Shown: positions 15,791-25,314, numbered from the stretch's first letter. The stretch: 39,349 nt of DNA from an uncultured Candidatus Saccharibacteria bacterium (GCA_964489785.1 CAZAZY010000003.1:11174-50522); one strand, 5' to 3'. The notes: generated by a model not told the origin, from the sequence alone. A program made the numbers and translations.

Positions 15791-16696
15791 ATGGCATTAC
15801 AAGGAAAAGCAATTAAATCAAAAATAAAAGCTGTTGGTAATATTAAAAAAATTACTCGCACAATGCAGATGGTTGCCGCCAGTAAAATGCGACGCGCTGT
15901 CGAAGCATCATTATCTTCCCGTGGTTATGCATTGGGTGCCTTGGAGATTTTGGTTAATTTATCTGAAGAGAGAAACATTGAACATCCTATGATTACACGA
16001 CGTGTATCAGGAAAAACATTGTGTGTTATTGTCGCTTCAAACAAAGGTTTGTGTGGTGGATACAATGTGAACGTTTCTCGTCGAGTTTCAGAATATGTCA
16101 AAAACAACCCAACAGAAATTATTGAATGCGTTACGGTTGGAAAACAAGCTGAGAAAATTGCAAAAAGAAATCATCTTACTATTGTAGCATCATTTACAGA
16201 AGCAAAAGATTTTGCCCGAACTGAAGATGCTGCACAATTGGTCTATGTGATGAGCGATTTGTTTATGCGAGATGATGCATATCAAAAAGTTTTTGTTGCC
16301 TACACACAGTTTTTGAAACCATTAACCTACGAAGCAAAGATAAAACCATTATTGCCAATACAACCTGAATCTTTGTATATGATGTTGATGGATGAACCTT
16401 TAACCAACGAAGAAAAACAAGCACTACGAGAATCTAAAAAATTATATAGATTTGAACCCTCGGAAGAACAAGTGATGGAATCAGTTATTCCAGAATTATT
16501 AACGGGGGTCATGTATCAGGTGTTCCTGGATGCCTATGCATCCGAACACAGTTCGCGAATGGTTGCCATGCAAAACGCAACGGACAACGCAGGGGAATTA
16601 CAAGAATCTTTGAAATTATCATTTAACAAGGCGCGTCAGGCGGGGATCACCCAAGAAATTGCAGAAATTTCCGCAGGAGCAAACGCATTGGGATAG
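15791..16696 (+). CDS. atpG: F0F1 ATP synthase subunit gamma
   Basis: N-terminal KIKAVGNIKKITRTMQMVAASKMRRA and C-terminal ARQAGITQEIAEISAGANAL. Confidence 0.93.
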   Translation: MALQGKAIKSKIKAVGNIKKITRTMQMVAASKMRRAVEASLSSRGYALGALEILVNLSEERNIEHPMITRRVSGKTLCVIVASNKGLCGGYNVNVSRRVSEYVKNNPTEIIECVTVGKQAEKIAKRNHLTIVASFTEAKDFARTEDAAQLVYVMSDLFMRDDAYQKVFVAYTQFLKPLTYEAKIKPLLPIQPESLYMMLMDEPLTNEEKQALRESKKLYRFEPSEEQVMESVIPELLTGVMYQVFLDAYASEHSSRMVAMQNATDNAGELQESLKLSFNKARQAGITQEIAEISAGANALG

Positions 16697-16711
16697 ACAT
16701 ATTATTAATAG

Positions 16712-18121
<1,410 letters not shown>

Positions 18122-18140
18122 ATCATAAGCTCTCTTATTC

Positions 18141-18563
18141 ATGAAATCTTCTTCACTCCATTTAAAAATAGCAACACCAGATCGAATCGTATATGACGAT
18201 ATTATTGATCGGGTTACTATTCCTACGCAGTCAGGAGAAATTACTGTATTGCCATTTCATATTCCTATGATCAGCGTGGTAAAACCGGGTGAACTGCGAA
18301 TCGTAAAAGATTCGGTAGTGTTACCGCATTATGTTGCAGGTGGTACATTGGAAATTCGTCCTGATAACACGATTGTTCTTTTGGCGGATGTTGCAGAACA
18401 TGTAGACCATATCGACAGCCAGGCGGCTGAACAAGCATATCAACGTGCCAAAGAAGCCATGGAACGCAAAGACAATGTCGCTGACGTTGATTTTGCAAAA
18501 TTCCAAGCTATTATGGAACGTGAATTGTCTCGTATGAATGTTGCGAAAAAATGGAAAAAATAA
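18141..18563 (+). CDS. atpC: F0F1 ATP synthase subunit epsilon
   Basis: 140 aa, last gene of the operon, with a beta-sandwich-like N-terminus and a helical C-terminus. Confidence 0.85.
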   Translation: MKSSSLHLKIATPDRIVYDDIIDRVTIPTQSGEITVLPFHIPMISVVKPGELRIVKDSVVLPHYVAGGTLEIRPDNTIVLLADVAEHVDHIDSQAAEQAYQRAKEAMERKDNVADVDFAKFQAIMERELSRMNVAKKWKK

Positions 18564-18579
18564 TTTAATGTAAGTAAAA

Positions 18580-18613
18580 CATAAAACCCGCCATTTGGCG
18601 GGTTTTATGTTTT
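18580..18613. terminator. bidirectional rho-independent terminator
   Basis: CATAAAACCCGCC-ATTT-GGCGGGTTTTATG between atpC and the convergent methyltransferase gene. Confidence 0.85.
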
Positions 18614-19228
18614 ACAAAAAAAGATACCGCTTTCGGTGGAGAATATGTTTGATTCTTGTGCGATATGTTCTTTGCACCAATTCATAGCATGTTCTGTTTT
18701 TTCCGGATGTGATAGTACATTATCGATAACAATAATCGCGTTGGGGGACAAATGGGGTTGTAAGAATTCTAAATACATAACATAGTTGCTTTTGTCTGCA
18801 TCCATAAACAACATATCAATATGTTGAAATTTTTGCTCACGTAAGATATCTATAATCTCTCCATTATAAAAACTAACCAAATTTTGCAAATTCGCATTTT
18901 TGATATGTTCTTTGGCAATAGCTGTTTTTTCAGGAATTCTTTCTAATGTATGAATATGTCCGTTATGTTGTTGTACAGCATGTGCCAACCATAATGTAGA
19001 ATATCCAATACTGGTTCCCAGTTCGACAATAATTTTTGGTTTTTCTGTAATAATTATATTGTGTAATAATTCACCAGTTTTTCGGGATATACTCCATGGG
19101 CGCATACCCTTTGTCCCGTCGTCATTCAGATGATCCCCACGTTCTATTTGCGAAGGGGAATACCATACCAGATTTTTTACTTGGTCTTCGGCTTGATCCA
19201 AAATGTGAAGAAAAGAATCATCGAACAT
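18605..19228 (-). CDS. class I SAM-dependent O-methyltransferase (family 3, caffeoyl-CoA OMT/YrrM-like)
   Basis: SAM motif IVELGTSIGYSTLWLA, plus MLFMDADKSNY and VIDNVL. Confidence 0.75.
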   Translation of the reverse strand: MFDDSFLHILDQAEDQVKNLVWYSPSQIERGDHLNDDGTKGMRPWSISRKTGELLHNIIITEKPKIIVELGTSIGYSTLWLAHAVQQHNGHIHTLERIPEKTAIAKEHIKNANLQNLVSFYNGEIIDILREQKFQHIDMLFMDADKSNYVMYLEFLQPHLSPNAIIVIDNVLSHPEKTEHAMNWCKEHIAQESNIFSTESGIFFCKT

Positions 19229-19231
19229 AGG

Positions 19232-20374
19232 TTACTGTATTGGTTTTTCTATCGTGAAGATAATAATTTCTGGACGCGATTCTAATCGGGCTGGTGACAG
19301 GGCGGTTCCTGCACCTATTGTTGTAAAGCTGGGCATGGTTCCTGTTACTGCAAAACCACGTGTGTATTGTTTATAAATAAGTTTTACCAAAATGCTGGCA
19401 GGAAAGAATTGTCCACCATGTGTATGGCCTGAAACTACAAATGACATTCCTGCATCGGACATTGCCTGCATATTTTTCGGGTCGTGTAACAGGGTGATGC
19501 TGGGCATTTCTGATGTATATCCAGAACGGGTGATTCTGTTTTTGGTTTCTTCTACAGATTCGCGCGCATAATCAATTCCTACAATTTGAATACCTAATTC
19601 AGGAATAATATGGGTTGCATCAATCAATGTAGTGACATTGGATGGTATAGATGCGTAGAATAATGCATTTTCTTTGTTATATTGTTCGTGGTTTCCAGGG
19701 GTGAAATAAATACCATCTGCTGCAGATAATGTACCTAATGGAGATAGAAAATCAGCATAGGGTATCTTAGGTCCGTCGATTAAATCTCCGGCAATTAATA
19801 CCATATCTGGTTGTTCTGTCATGATGCTTTTGGTAATACGTTCCAAGAAAGATTTTTTACGAATCATGCCCAGATGAATATCTGAAACCAATGCAATTTT
19901 TTTACCGTACAAAGATTCTGGTAGATTATGTTCAGAAAATGGAATATGACGAACAATAGGGCGTGAAGCATTATAAAAAGAAAATACGCTGACACTAATC
20001 CCAATAAATAAGATACTATACCCAATAATTTGCTCTGGAATAGTATAACCTAATTTATTCACAATCAACCATACCAACGATAATCCAATAGATGCAATAA
20101 AGAGAAAATTAACAATCGTTAGCCAGCCACCAGCTAGGGTATTAAAAAAATTGTTTATAGGATGATACACAACACCACCTAATGCCATGGTTCCAGCCAT
20201 AATAATCGGCATTAATATACCCAACAATGCTAGTCCGCGAAATAAATATGGATTTGAGATAATACCAAAAAAACGAAGAATAACCAATGAAACAAAAAAA
20301 CCAAGAGCAATAATGGAAACCAAAGTGAATAAAAATAGTATGGGTGTAATGAATCGTAGCATGTTGTGTATCAT
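19232..20374 (-). CDS. membrane-anchored metallophosphoesterase (YkuE-like)
   Basis: N-terminal TM helices, then calcineurin-like motifs ALVSDIHLG, IAGDLIDG, GNHE and GHTHGGQ. The start is uncertain: GTG at 20467, ATG at 20374 or ATG at 20362. Confidence 0.8.
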   Translation of the reverse strand: MIHNMLRFITPILFLFTLVSIIALGFFVSLVILRFFGIISNPYLFRGLALLGILMPIIMAGTMALGGVVYHPINNFFNTLAGGWLTIVNFLFIASIGLSLVWLIVNKLGYTIPEQIIGYSILFIGISVSVFSFYNASRPIVRHIPFSEHNLPESLYGKKIALVSDIHLGMIRKKSFLERITKSIMTEQPDMVLIAGDLIDGPKIPYADFLSPLGTLSAADGIYFTPGNHEQYNKENALFYASIPSNVTTLIDATHIIPELGIQIVGIDYARESVEETKNRITRSGYTSEMPSITLLHDPKNMQAMSDAGMSFVVSGHTHGGQFFPASILVKLIYKQYTRGFAVTGTMPSFTTIGAGTALSPARLESRPEIIIFTIEKPIQ

Positions 20375-20412
20375 ACTATGATTTGACCCGGTTTCATAGG
20401 AGCTTATAAGTA

Positions 20413-20441
20413 TTGACGAACTGATATATAGACTGTATGAT
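20413..20441 (+). promoter_or_regulatory. promoter TTGACG-17-TATGAT
   Basis: TTGACG at 20413-20418 and TATGAT at 20436-20441, about 27 nt upstream of the small ORF at 20468. Confidence 0.55.
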
Positions 20442-20467
20442 AATATTAAATCTAAAGAAGAAAGCAC

Positions 20468-20599
20468 ATGAAGAGATTACCGTCTAATGTATCGACCAGG
20501 CAACATTTCCACATCCTGGAACGGATGCACGCCAAATTTTCTGGCCAGAAAAAATCTTTGGGAAAGAATTTCCTTTTTCGATTAAGAATTCCGTCATAA
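20468..20599 (+). CDS. unlisted small basic ORF (43 aa), weakly L34-like
   Basis: MKRLPSNVSTRQHFHILERMHAKFSGQKKSLGKNFLFRLRIPS has its own promoter and a strong terminator. Its length, the MKR start, PSN and RM..K resemble L34, but the HGFR core is not conserved. Confidence 0.4.
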   Translation: MKRLPSNVSTRQHFHILERMHAKFSGQKKSLGKNFLFRLRIPS

Positions 20600-20616
20600 G
20601 GATATTCTGGACCAGA

Positions 20617-20655
20617 AAAGCCCCCGTCACTAATCAGTGGCGGGGGCTTTTTTTA
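20617..20655 (+). terminator. rho-independent terminator
   Basis: AAAA-GCCCCCGTCAC-TAATCA-GTGGCGGGGGC-TTTTTTT. Confidence 0.85.
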
Positions 20656-20662
20656 CATAGCA

Positions 20663-20690
20663 TTGACTTTTAGCCTTTTTACTGTATTAT
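20663..20690 (+). promoter_or_regulatory. promoter TTGACT-16-TATTAT
   Basis: TTGACT at 20663-20668 and TATTAT at 20685-20690, upstream of the ORF at 20724. Confidence 0.5.
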
Positions 20691-20723
20691 AAAAACAGAT
20701 GTTGTTTCATAAATTCTAAGGAC

Positions 20724-21308
20724 ATGTACAAAAAAACTGTTGCTGAAATAAGGGAACTTCCCTGGAATCAGTATGACCCCAAAAAGATTGTCTATCTGAG
20801 CCTTTGCTCTGCGATAGAATTTGCTGAATCACTTCGGTGTGCCATTACGACTTATCCCCAAAATGAAAATCTGGGAGAGATGGCTAATGGTGAATTGAAG
20901 ACAAATAATTTGCGTTTTGAAGATTATGCAACGTATGGAGATCACTGGGAATTCCTGGCTCATTTTTGTAGGAAATACAATATCAATGACATGACTGTCG
21001 GAGATGATTGTGTGGCCGCAAAAAATGAGTATTTGGAATCAGTACAAAATCTGGGCAGTAACAAAGTTCGAGCAATGACTATTTTCAGTCGCGAGCAAGA
21101 ATTGCCAGATATTTTCCATAACATTGTCAAAGCACATGATTGGGATATTCTTGGTCTGGGTTTCTTCAAGTATTACCTTGACCGGCATATTGCTCTTGAT
21201 AGTGCAGATGGTGGTCATGGAGAATTGACCAAAGGTTTTCCCATGGATGATGAGATACTATTGAAATTCTATCAAGTCAGACTTCAATTGTACAAATCGT
21301 TAGAATAA
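20724..21308 (+). CDS. hypothetical protein, possibly with a heme-oxygenase-like/DUF3050-like helical fold
   Basis: 194-aa ORF. YYLDRHIALDSADGGHGELT resembles the HIxLDxxxHg motif that I associate with DUF3050-type proteins. This is a weak, memory-based assignment. Confidence 0.35.
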   Translation: MYKKTVAEIRELPWNQYDPKKIVYLSLCSAIEFAESLRCAITTYPQNENLGEMANGELKTNNLRFEDYATYGDHWEFLAHFCRKYNINDMTVGDDCVAAKNEYLESVQNLGSNKVRAMTIFSREQELPDIFHNIVKAHDWDILGLGFFKYYLDRHIALDSADGGHGELTKGFPMDDEILLKFYQVRLQLYKSLE

Positions 21309-21335
21309 AAGATCTGATTCATTGATCGCCAAATC

Positions 21336-21362
21336 GCCCCCAGAACACTGGGGGCTTTTTTA
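21336..21362. terminator. bidirectional rho-independent terminator
   Basis: GCCCCCA-GAACAC-TGGGGGC-TTTTTT between convergent genes. Confidence 0.8.
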
Positions 21363-21821
21363 TACATGATGATATTTTCCACCACCTAGTAAATTGGTGA
21401 CTCGATATAGTTGTTCTGCCAGAACCAAGCGTGCCAGTTCATGGGGTAGGGTAAAAGATCCCAACCGTAGTACTAAATGTGCCTGTGATTGCAATTGTGT
21501 ATCAATTCCGTATGCACCGCCAATAATACATACCATTCTTTTGATACCTGTGTGCATTTGTTTTTCGATATGATGCGAAAATGCAACTGTGGTAAAATCT
21601 TTACCCGTCTCATCTAATGCAATAATATAATCTCCGGGTTGTAGTTTGGTTGCCAGTTTTTCAGATTCTTTTGTTCTGCATTGTGTGGGATTATCAATTC
21701 CCAATGGTTCTATGATTTCCAGTGATAGGGAAAAAGGGGATACAATGCGTTTTTGATATTCGGCAATCATAGGGTCATAGTCTGATTTTTTCTTGCCAAT
21801 CGCCAGGATGTGTAATTTCAT
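21360..21821 (-). CDS. rlmH: 23S rRNA (pseudouridine1915-N3)-methyltransferase RlmH
   Basis: 153-aa SPOUT protein with IIGGAYGID and TLPHELARLVLAEQLYR. Confidence 0.88.
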   Translation of the reverse strand: MKLHILAIGKKKSDYDPMIAEYQKRIVSPFSLSLEIIEPLGIDNPTQCRTKESEKLATKLQPGDYIIALDETGKDFTTVAFSHHIEKQMHTGIKRMVCIIGGAYGIDTQLQSQAHLVLRLGSFTLPHELARLVLAEQLYRVTNLLGGGKYHHV

Positions 21822-21868
21822 AAAGGTTATAGTAAAGAGAAAGGAGTAAAAAGTAAAGAGTGAGAGAT

Positions 21869-22558
21869 TTATTTTTCTGACCGAAGGCTAGTGACGCTTT
21901 CCCAAACTGCCCACATAGATAAGATAGCCAAAGCATACCACTGCACATTACCTGTGCTCGCTAAATCATAATCACGTAAAAAAATAAAAACGAGCCCGCT
22001 GACTAATGATATCCAGAAAAAAAGACATATCCCCACCCATGTCATATAGGTAATAAAATGAGCCCTCACAATACCTGCATAGATACTACAAATTGCTAGC
22101 GAATTAGGCGATGATGAAAATAAAAATATTACCCCTTTTTCATTTTTTCTGAATCTATTTCCCATTCGTTCAATTGAGCCTTTGGCACCAAGTTTTTCTA
22201 AAACTTTATAGTATCCGTATTTACCCAGCAAATAATTCACCGTAGTGATAGCAATCATCGCTAAAACTCCAACCAAAATAATAAGAAACACATCATAATA
22301 GGTGCGACCAAGGGTAATGACTGCCATAATAGCTATGGCTGACCCCGGAAAATATAGACCGAAAACAAATAATCCTTCCAGCATTAAACCGACCAGCAAG
22401 AATAGTAATCCAAAATTTTCAAAACCTGTTTGCATAATGAGAATAAACTCATTAGCCGAAGGCAATCCTAATAACCGGTATGTGAGTAAATACACAAGAA
22501 AGAATAAAACAATACTCCATTCAAATAGTGCCCCCAGGAAGAATCTTTTGATATTCAT
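21869..22558 (-). CDS. DedA/VTT-family-like membrane protein
   Basis: Polytopic membrane protein. LEGLFVFGLYFPGSA, NYLLGKYGYYKV and SIYAGIVRAHF resemble DedA motifs. Start set at MNIKRFF (ATG at 22558). Confidence 0.55.
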   Translation of the reverse strand: MNIKRFFLGALFEWSIVLFFLVYLLTYRLLGLPSANEFILIMQTGFENFGLLFLLVGLMLEGLFVFGLYFPGSAIAIMAVITLGRTYYDVFLIILVGVLAMIAITTVNYLLGKYGYYKVLEKLGAKGSIERMGNRFRKNEKGVIFLFSSSPNSLAICSIYAGIVRAHFITYMTWVGICLFFWISLVSGLVFIFLRDYDLASTGNVQWYALAILSMWAVWESVTSLRSEK

Positions 22559-22586
22559 GTAGGTAGTATAGCAAATGGGTGCATGC

Positions 22587-22615
22587 TTGCGAAAGACTAT
22601 AAAAATACGTACACT
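22587..22615 (+). promoter_or_regulatory. candidate promoter for tRNA-Glu (TTGCGA-17-TACACT)
   Basis: TTGCGA at 22587-22592 and TACACT at 22610-22615. The -35 hexamer is the same as in the tRNA-Ile unit promoter. Confidence 0.4.
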
Positions 22616-22629
22616 GGTCATGTGATTTA

Positions 22630-22704
22630 GGTCCCATCGTCTAACGGTTAGGACGAATCCTTCTCAAGGATTAAATCGGAGTTCGATTCTCCGTGGGATC
22701 ACCA
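22630..22704 (+). tRNA. tRNA-Glu (anticodon CUC) with encoded CCA
   Basis: GGTCCCA TC GTCT AACGGTTA GGAC G AATCC TTCTCAA GGATT AAAT CGGAG TTCGATT CTCCG TGGGATC A CCA. The stems pair, with one G-U in the acceptor. Confidence 0.88.
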
Positions 22705-22714
22705 TTTAGAGTTA

Positions 22715-22724
22715 GCACGAGAAG
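22715..22724 (+). repeat. 10-bp direct repeat GCACGAGAAG, left copy
   Basis: An identical 10-mer recurs at 23529-23538. Together the copies bracket the 263-aa ORF. Confidence 0.7.
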
Positions 22725-22734
22725 ATTATAATTT

Positions 22735-23526
22735 ATGGATAAATTAAAGAAAAAAGAAGAAAAAAAGATAGCTAAGAAACTAAATAAAAATCTTTCTTTA
22801 ATTTATTCTAAATGTGAAATTATTTTAAAAAAACATACGGAAGGTGAAAGTATTAATGAAAAAGATTATATTTGGTTTGTATTTTCTGCTGATATTTATT
22901 ATAGAATAAAAGATATATCTTTCTTGAATAAAAAACTTAAAGAAACAAAAAATAACTTTGACAGTTCTTTGTATGTGCTAAGTAGGTCAGTATTGGAAAC
23001 TTTTATTTACTTCAAATATCTCCTTTGTGAAGAAAATAAAATAATGTACCGACTGCGTGCTTTCGTCTGTTACTCAACTAGAAATAATGATATAAGTATT
23101 CTTAATTCCCTAAAGACGCTAGGAGGGAAAGGTAAATTTATTTTTAGCAGCGATCCTACTAGTATTCTTTCGGCTGAGATGCTTAATAAAAAAATAGTTG
23201 AATTAAATGATTCAATAACAGAATATAAGAATTTTTACAAAGAAGAATCTGCTTTTACTGATGAAATTGAGGTTTTCAAAAAAATTGAAAGAGTGGCGCA
23301 GAAATATGATGAAATTAAATGCATAAATTCAATCACAGATGGCTCAGAAAATACAAGCATGGAATGGATGTACAATTATGTTTATAGATTTCAGTGTATG
23401 TCTGCTCATCAAAGCCTTAGAGATAAAGAAAAGGTCTTTAGTTTATTTGATAAGAATAAAGAATCAGACAATATACATATCCTCGGACTATTATCTGACA
23501 TAACAGAACAAATTTTAATTTTATAG
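22735..23526 (+). CDS. hypothetical protein in AT-rich insert, possibly a HEPN-like/Abi-type fold
   Basis: 263 aa and very AT-rich. Motifs LSRSVLETFIYFKYL and YRFQCMSAHQS (R-x6-H, at the outer limit of the HEPN Rx4-6H pattern). No confident family match. Confidence 0.55.
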   Translation: MDKLKKKEEKKIAKKLNKNLSLIYSKCEIILKKHTEGESINEKDYIWFVFSADIYYRIKDISFLNKKLKETKNNFDSSLYVLSRSVLETFIYFKYLLCEENKIMYRLRAFVCYSTRNNDISILNSLKTLGGKGKFIFSSDPTSILSAEMLNKKIVELNDSITEYKNFYKEESAFTDEIEVFKKIERVAQKYDEIKCINSITDGSENTSMEWMYNYVYRFQCMSAHQSLRDKEKVFSLFDKNKESDNIHILGLLSDITEQILIL

Positions 23527-23528
23527 AC

Positions 23529-23538
23529 GCACGAGAAG
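23529..23538 (+). repeat. 10-bp direct repeat GCACGAGAAG, right copy
   Basis: Begins 3 nt after the stop codon of the 263-aa ORF. Confidence 0.7.
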
Positions 23539-23590
23539 GGTTAAGTTATTTTTAATAAAAGTATTTAAAATAACCTTACTGGTCAATGAG

Positions 23591-25141
23591 TCAATTAATT
23601 CTATCTGTTGAACTCTCACACTTAGAACACCATAGCCCATTTTTAATATCAGAAATTTTAGCCATCCAAGAGTGACCGTTCTTACATTGCCATTTCATTT
23701 TTACAGATGAATTGATATATTTTTTTGATAAGCAAATACCTCTCATTTTTTCTGCTAGAGCATTTGCTTGCTTAATATTTAATATTCTACCAATATTCCG
23801 ATCTTTGTAGCTACATTTAGGACACCAAGTTCCTCTATTTTTAATATGTCCAGGTTTTGCTTCCCATACATGACCTTCTTTACATTTCCATTTTAGTTTA
23901 GTATTTGAACCTAGATATTCTTTAGAGAGTAATTCTCCTTCATTGGTTAATGCTATATTTTGTAAATAAATTAATTGATTGTCAGGAACATAATAAGTCT
24001 GCTTAATTTCAAAATTTGTATTAATTTTTTTTGAATACGTTTTAGGTAAATTCTCTATAATATATTGTTTTAAATCTTCTGTTTGAATATAGTAAGGAAT
24101 ACCCATTAAAAAAATTCCTTTTGATTTGCAAACCTTCTTTTTAAGTTTATCATCATTGATTCGTTGCTTTAGCGAGTCATTGTCTCTGTGAAAAAAGCCA
24201 TTCTTTTTATAGTGTTGAACACCTTGATATTCAAAAGCTAATGAAAGTTCTTTAGAGTAACCATCTAACTCCATTTTATTTCCCCTAGAATTGACCAACC
24301 ATATGGGCTTAATTTTAATAAATTTTGTGTTAAATAAGCTTTCAAATAGTATTCTTGTGTATCTTTCGTTTAAACCAGCAGAACATTCTGGGCACCAAGA
24401 ATTTCTTCCTTTGATACTTTTTCCAGTTGTTTCCCATATATGCCCAAAGTTACATACGAATTTGAGCTTAGATGCATTATTTTTATATTCCTTAGACAAA
24501 CATTCTCCACCTCGCTCCTTGGCAATTTTGTGGAATTCTTTTATGTTTAGAATTTCTTTTCCAGCACACTTTTTACACCAAGCGTTATTATTTACAATAT
24601 TTATTGGTGAAACTTCCCAAACATGACCTTTTTCACATTTCCATTTTAGCTTAATATTGGAGTTAATATATTCCTTAGACAAACATTCTCCACCTCGCTC
24701 GTTGGCAATTTCTTTCATTTTTTCAATTGTATGTTTTTCTTTACCTGAGCAAATTAGACACCAGCTCTTACTATGCTTAATATGCATAGGTGTTGCTTCC
24801 CAAACATGACCTTTTTCACATTTCCATTTTAGCTTAGTATTGGAGTTAATATATTCCTTAGACAAACATTCTCCACCTCGCTCCTTGGCAATTTTGTGGA
24901 ATTGTTCAATAGATAATGGTTGGCTACCTGCACAAACTGGACACCAAGTTCCTGCTCTTTTGCTGGAACCTTTTATTGAATGAGGAATTGCTTCCCAAAC
25001 ATGACCTTTTTCACATTTCCATTTTAGCTTAGTATTGGAGTTAATATATTCCTTAGACAAACATTCTCCACCTCGCTCCTTGGCAATTTCTTTCATTTTT
25101 TCAATTGTTCCAATTTGTCTTCCCATTTCTAAATTATACAC
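23591..25141 (-). CDS. six-fold zinc-ribbon repeat protein with a central PD-(D/E)xK-like (Vsr/DUF559-like) nuclease core
   Basis: Four N-terminal and two C-terminal copies of A-x-ERGGECLSKEY-x5-KLKWKC-x2-GH-x-WE-x(14-19)-WCP-x-C (CHCC ligands). The core (aa ~258-350) has NERYTRILFE, MELDGY and LAFEYQGVQH. Confidence 0.75.
   Translation of the reverse strand: MYNLEMGRQIGTIEKMKEIAKERGGECLSKEYINSNTKLKWKCEKGHVWEAIPHSIKGSSKRAGTWCPVCAGSQPLSIEQFHKIAKERGGECLSKEYINSNTKLKWKCEKGHVWEATPMHIKHSKSWCLICSGKEKHTIEKMKEIANERGGECLSKEYINSNIKLKWKCEKGHVWEVSPINIVNNNAWCKKCAGKEILNIKEFHKIAKERGGECLSKEYKNNASKLKFVCNFGHIWETTGKSIKGRNSWCPECSAGLNERYTRILFESLFNTKFIKIKPIWLVNSRGNKMELDGYSKELSLAFEYQGVQHYKKNGFFHRDNDSLKQRINDDKLKKKVCKSKGIFLMGIPYYIQTEDLKQYIIENLPKTYSKKINTNFEIKQTYYVPDNQLIYLQNIALTNEGELLSKEYLGSNTKLKWKCKEGHVWEAKPGHIKNRGTWCPKCSYKDRNIGRILNIKQANALAEKMRGICLSKKYINSSVKMKWQCKNGHSWMAKISDIKNGLWCSKCESSTDRIN
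24377..25108 (-). repeat. four tandem near-identical coding repeats (periods 183, 183 and 195 nt)
   Basis: CCTTAGACAAACATTCTCCACCTCGCTC recurs at 24490, 24673, 24856 and 25051 on the + strand. Confidence 0.9.
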
Positions 25142-25314
25142 TTTCTCAATTGATTATTATATAGTTCTATTGTGGTTAACAAGGACTGTCCTTGCTAAAA
25201 CTTTAAAGGTATTTAAACACTCCTTGCATTAAAAAGTATCTTTTGATAAGATGTTTTTTATGTTACTTGGATTACATTATTACTCAAATAAAATCGGCCC
25301 AAATAGGATCTCGT

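Noticed and set aside
20470-20655. Considered SRP (4.5S) or 6S RNA for the short promoter-to-terminator unit
   Set aside because: I could not find the conserved SRP domain IV motif (GGAA tetraloop context with AGCAG) or a 6S-like long interrupted helix. The coding or unknown-sRNA options are kept as a finding instead.
25281-25313. Possible att-like duplicate of the tRNA-Glu 3' end (AAATCGGCCCAAATAGGATCTCGTAAACCGCCA versus AAATCGGAGTTCGATTCTCCGTGGGATCACCA)
   Set aside because: Only AAATCGG and GGATC align, and there is no contiguous match across the T arm or acceptor. This is not enough to call an attachment-site repeat.
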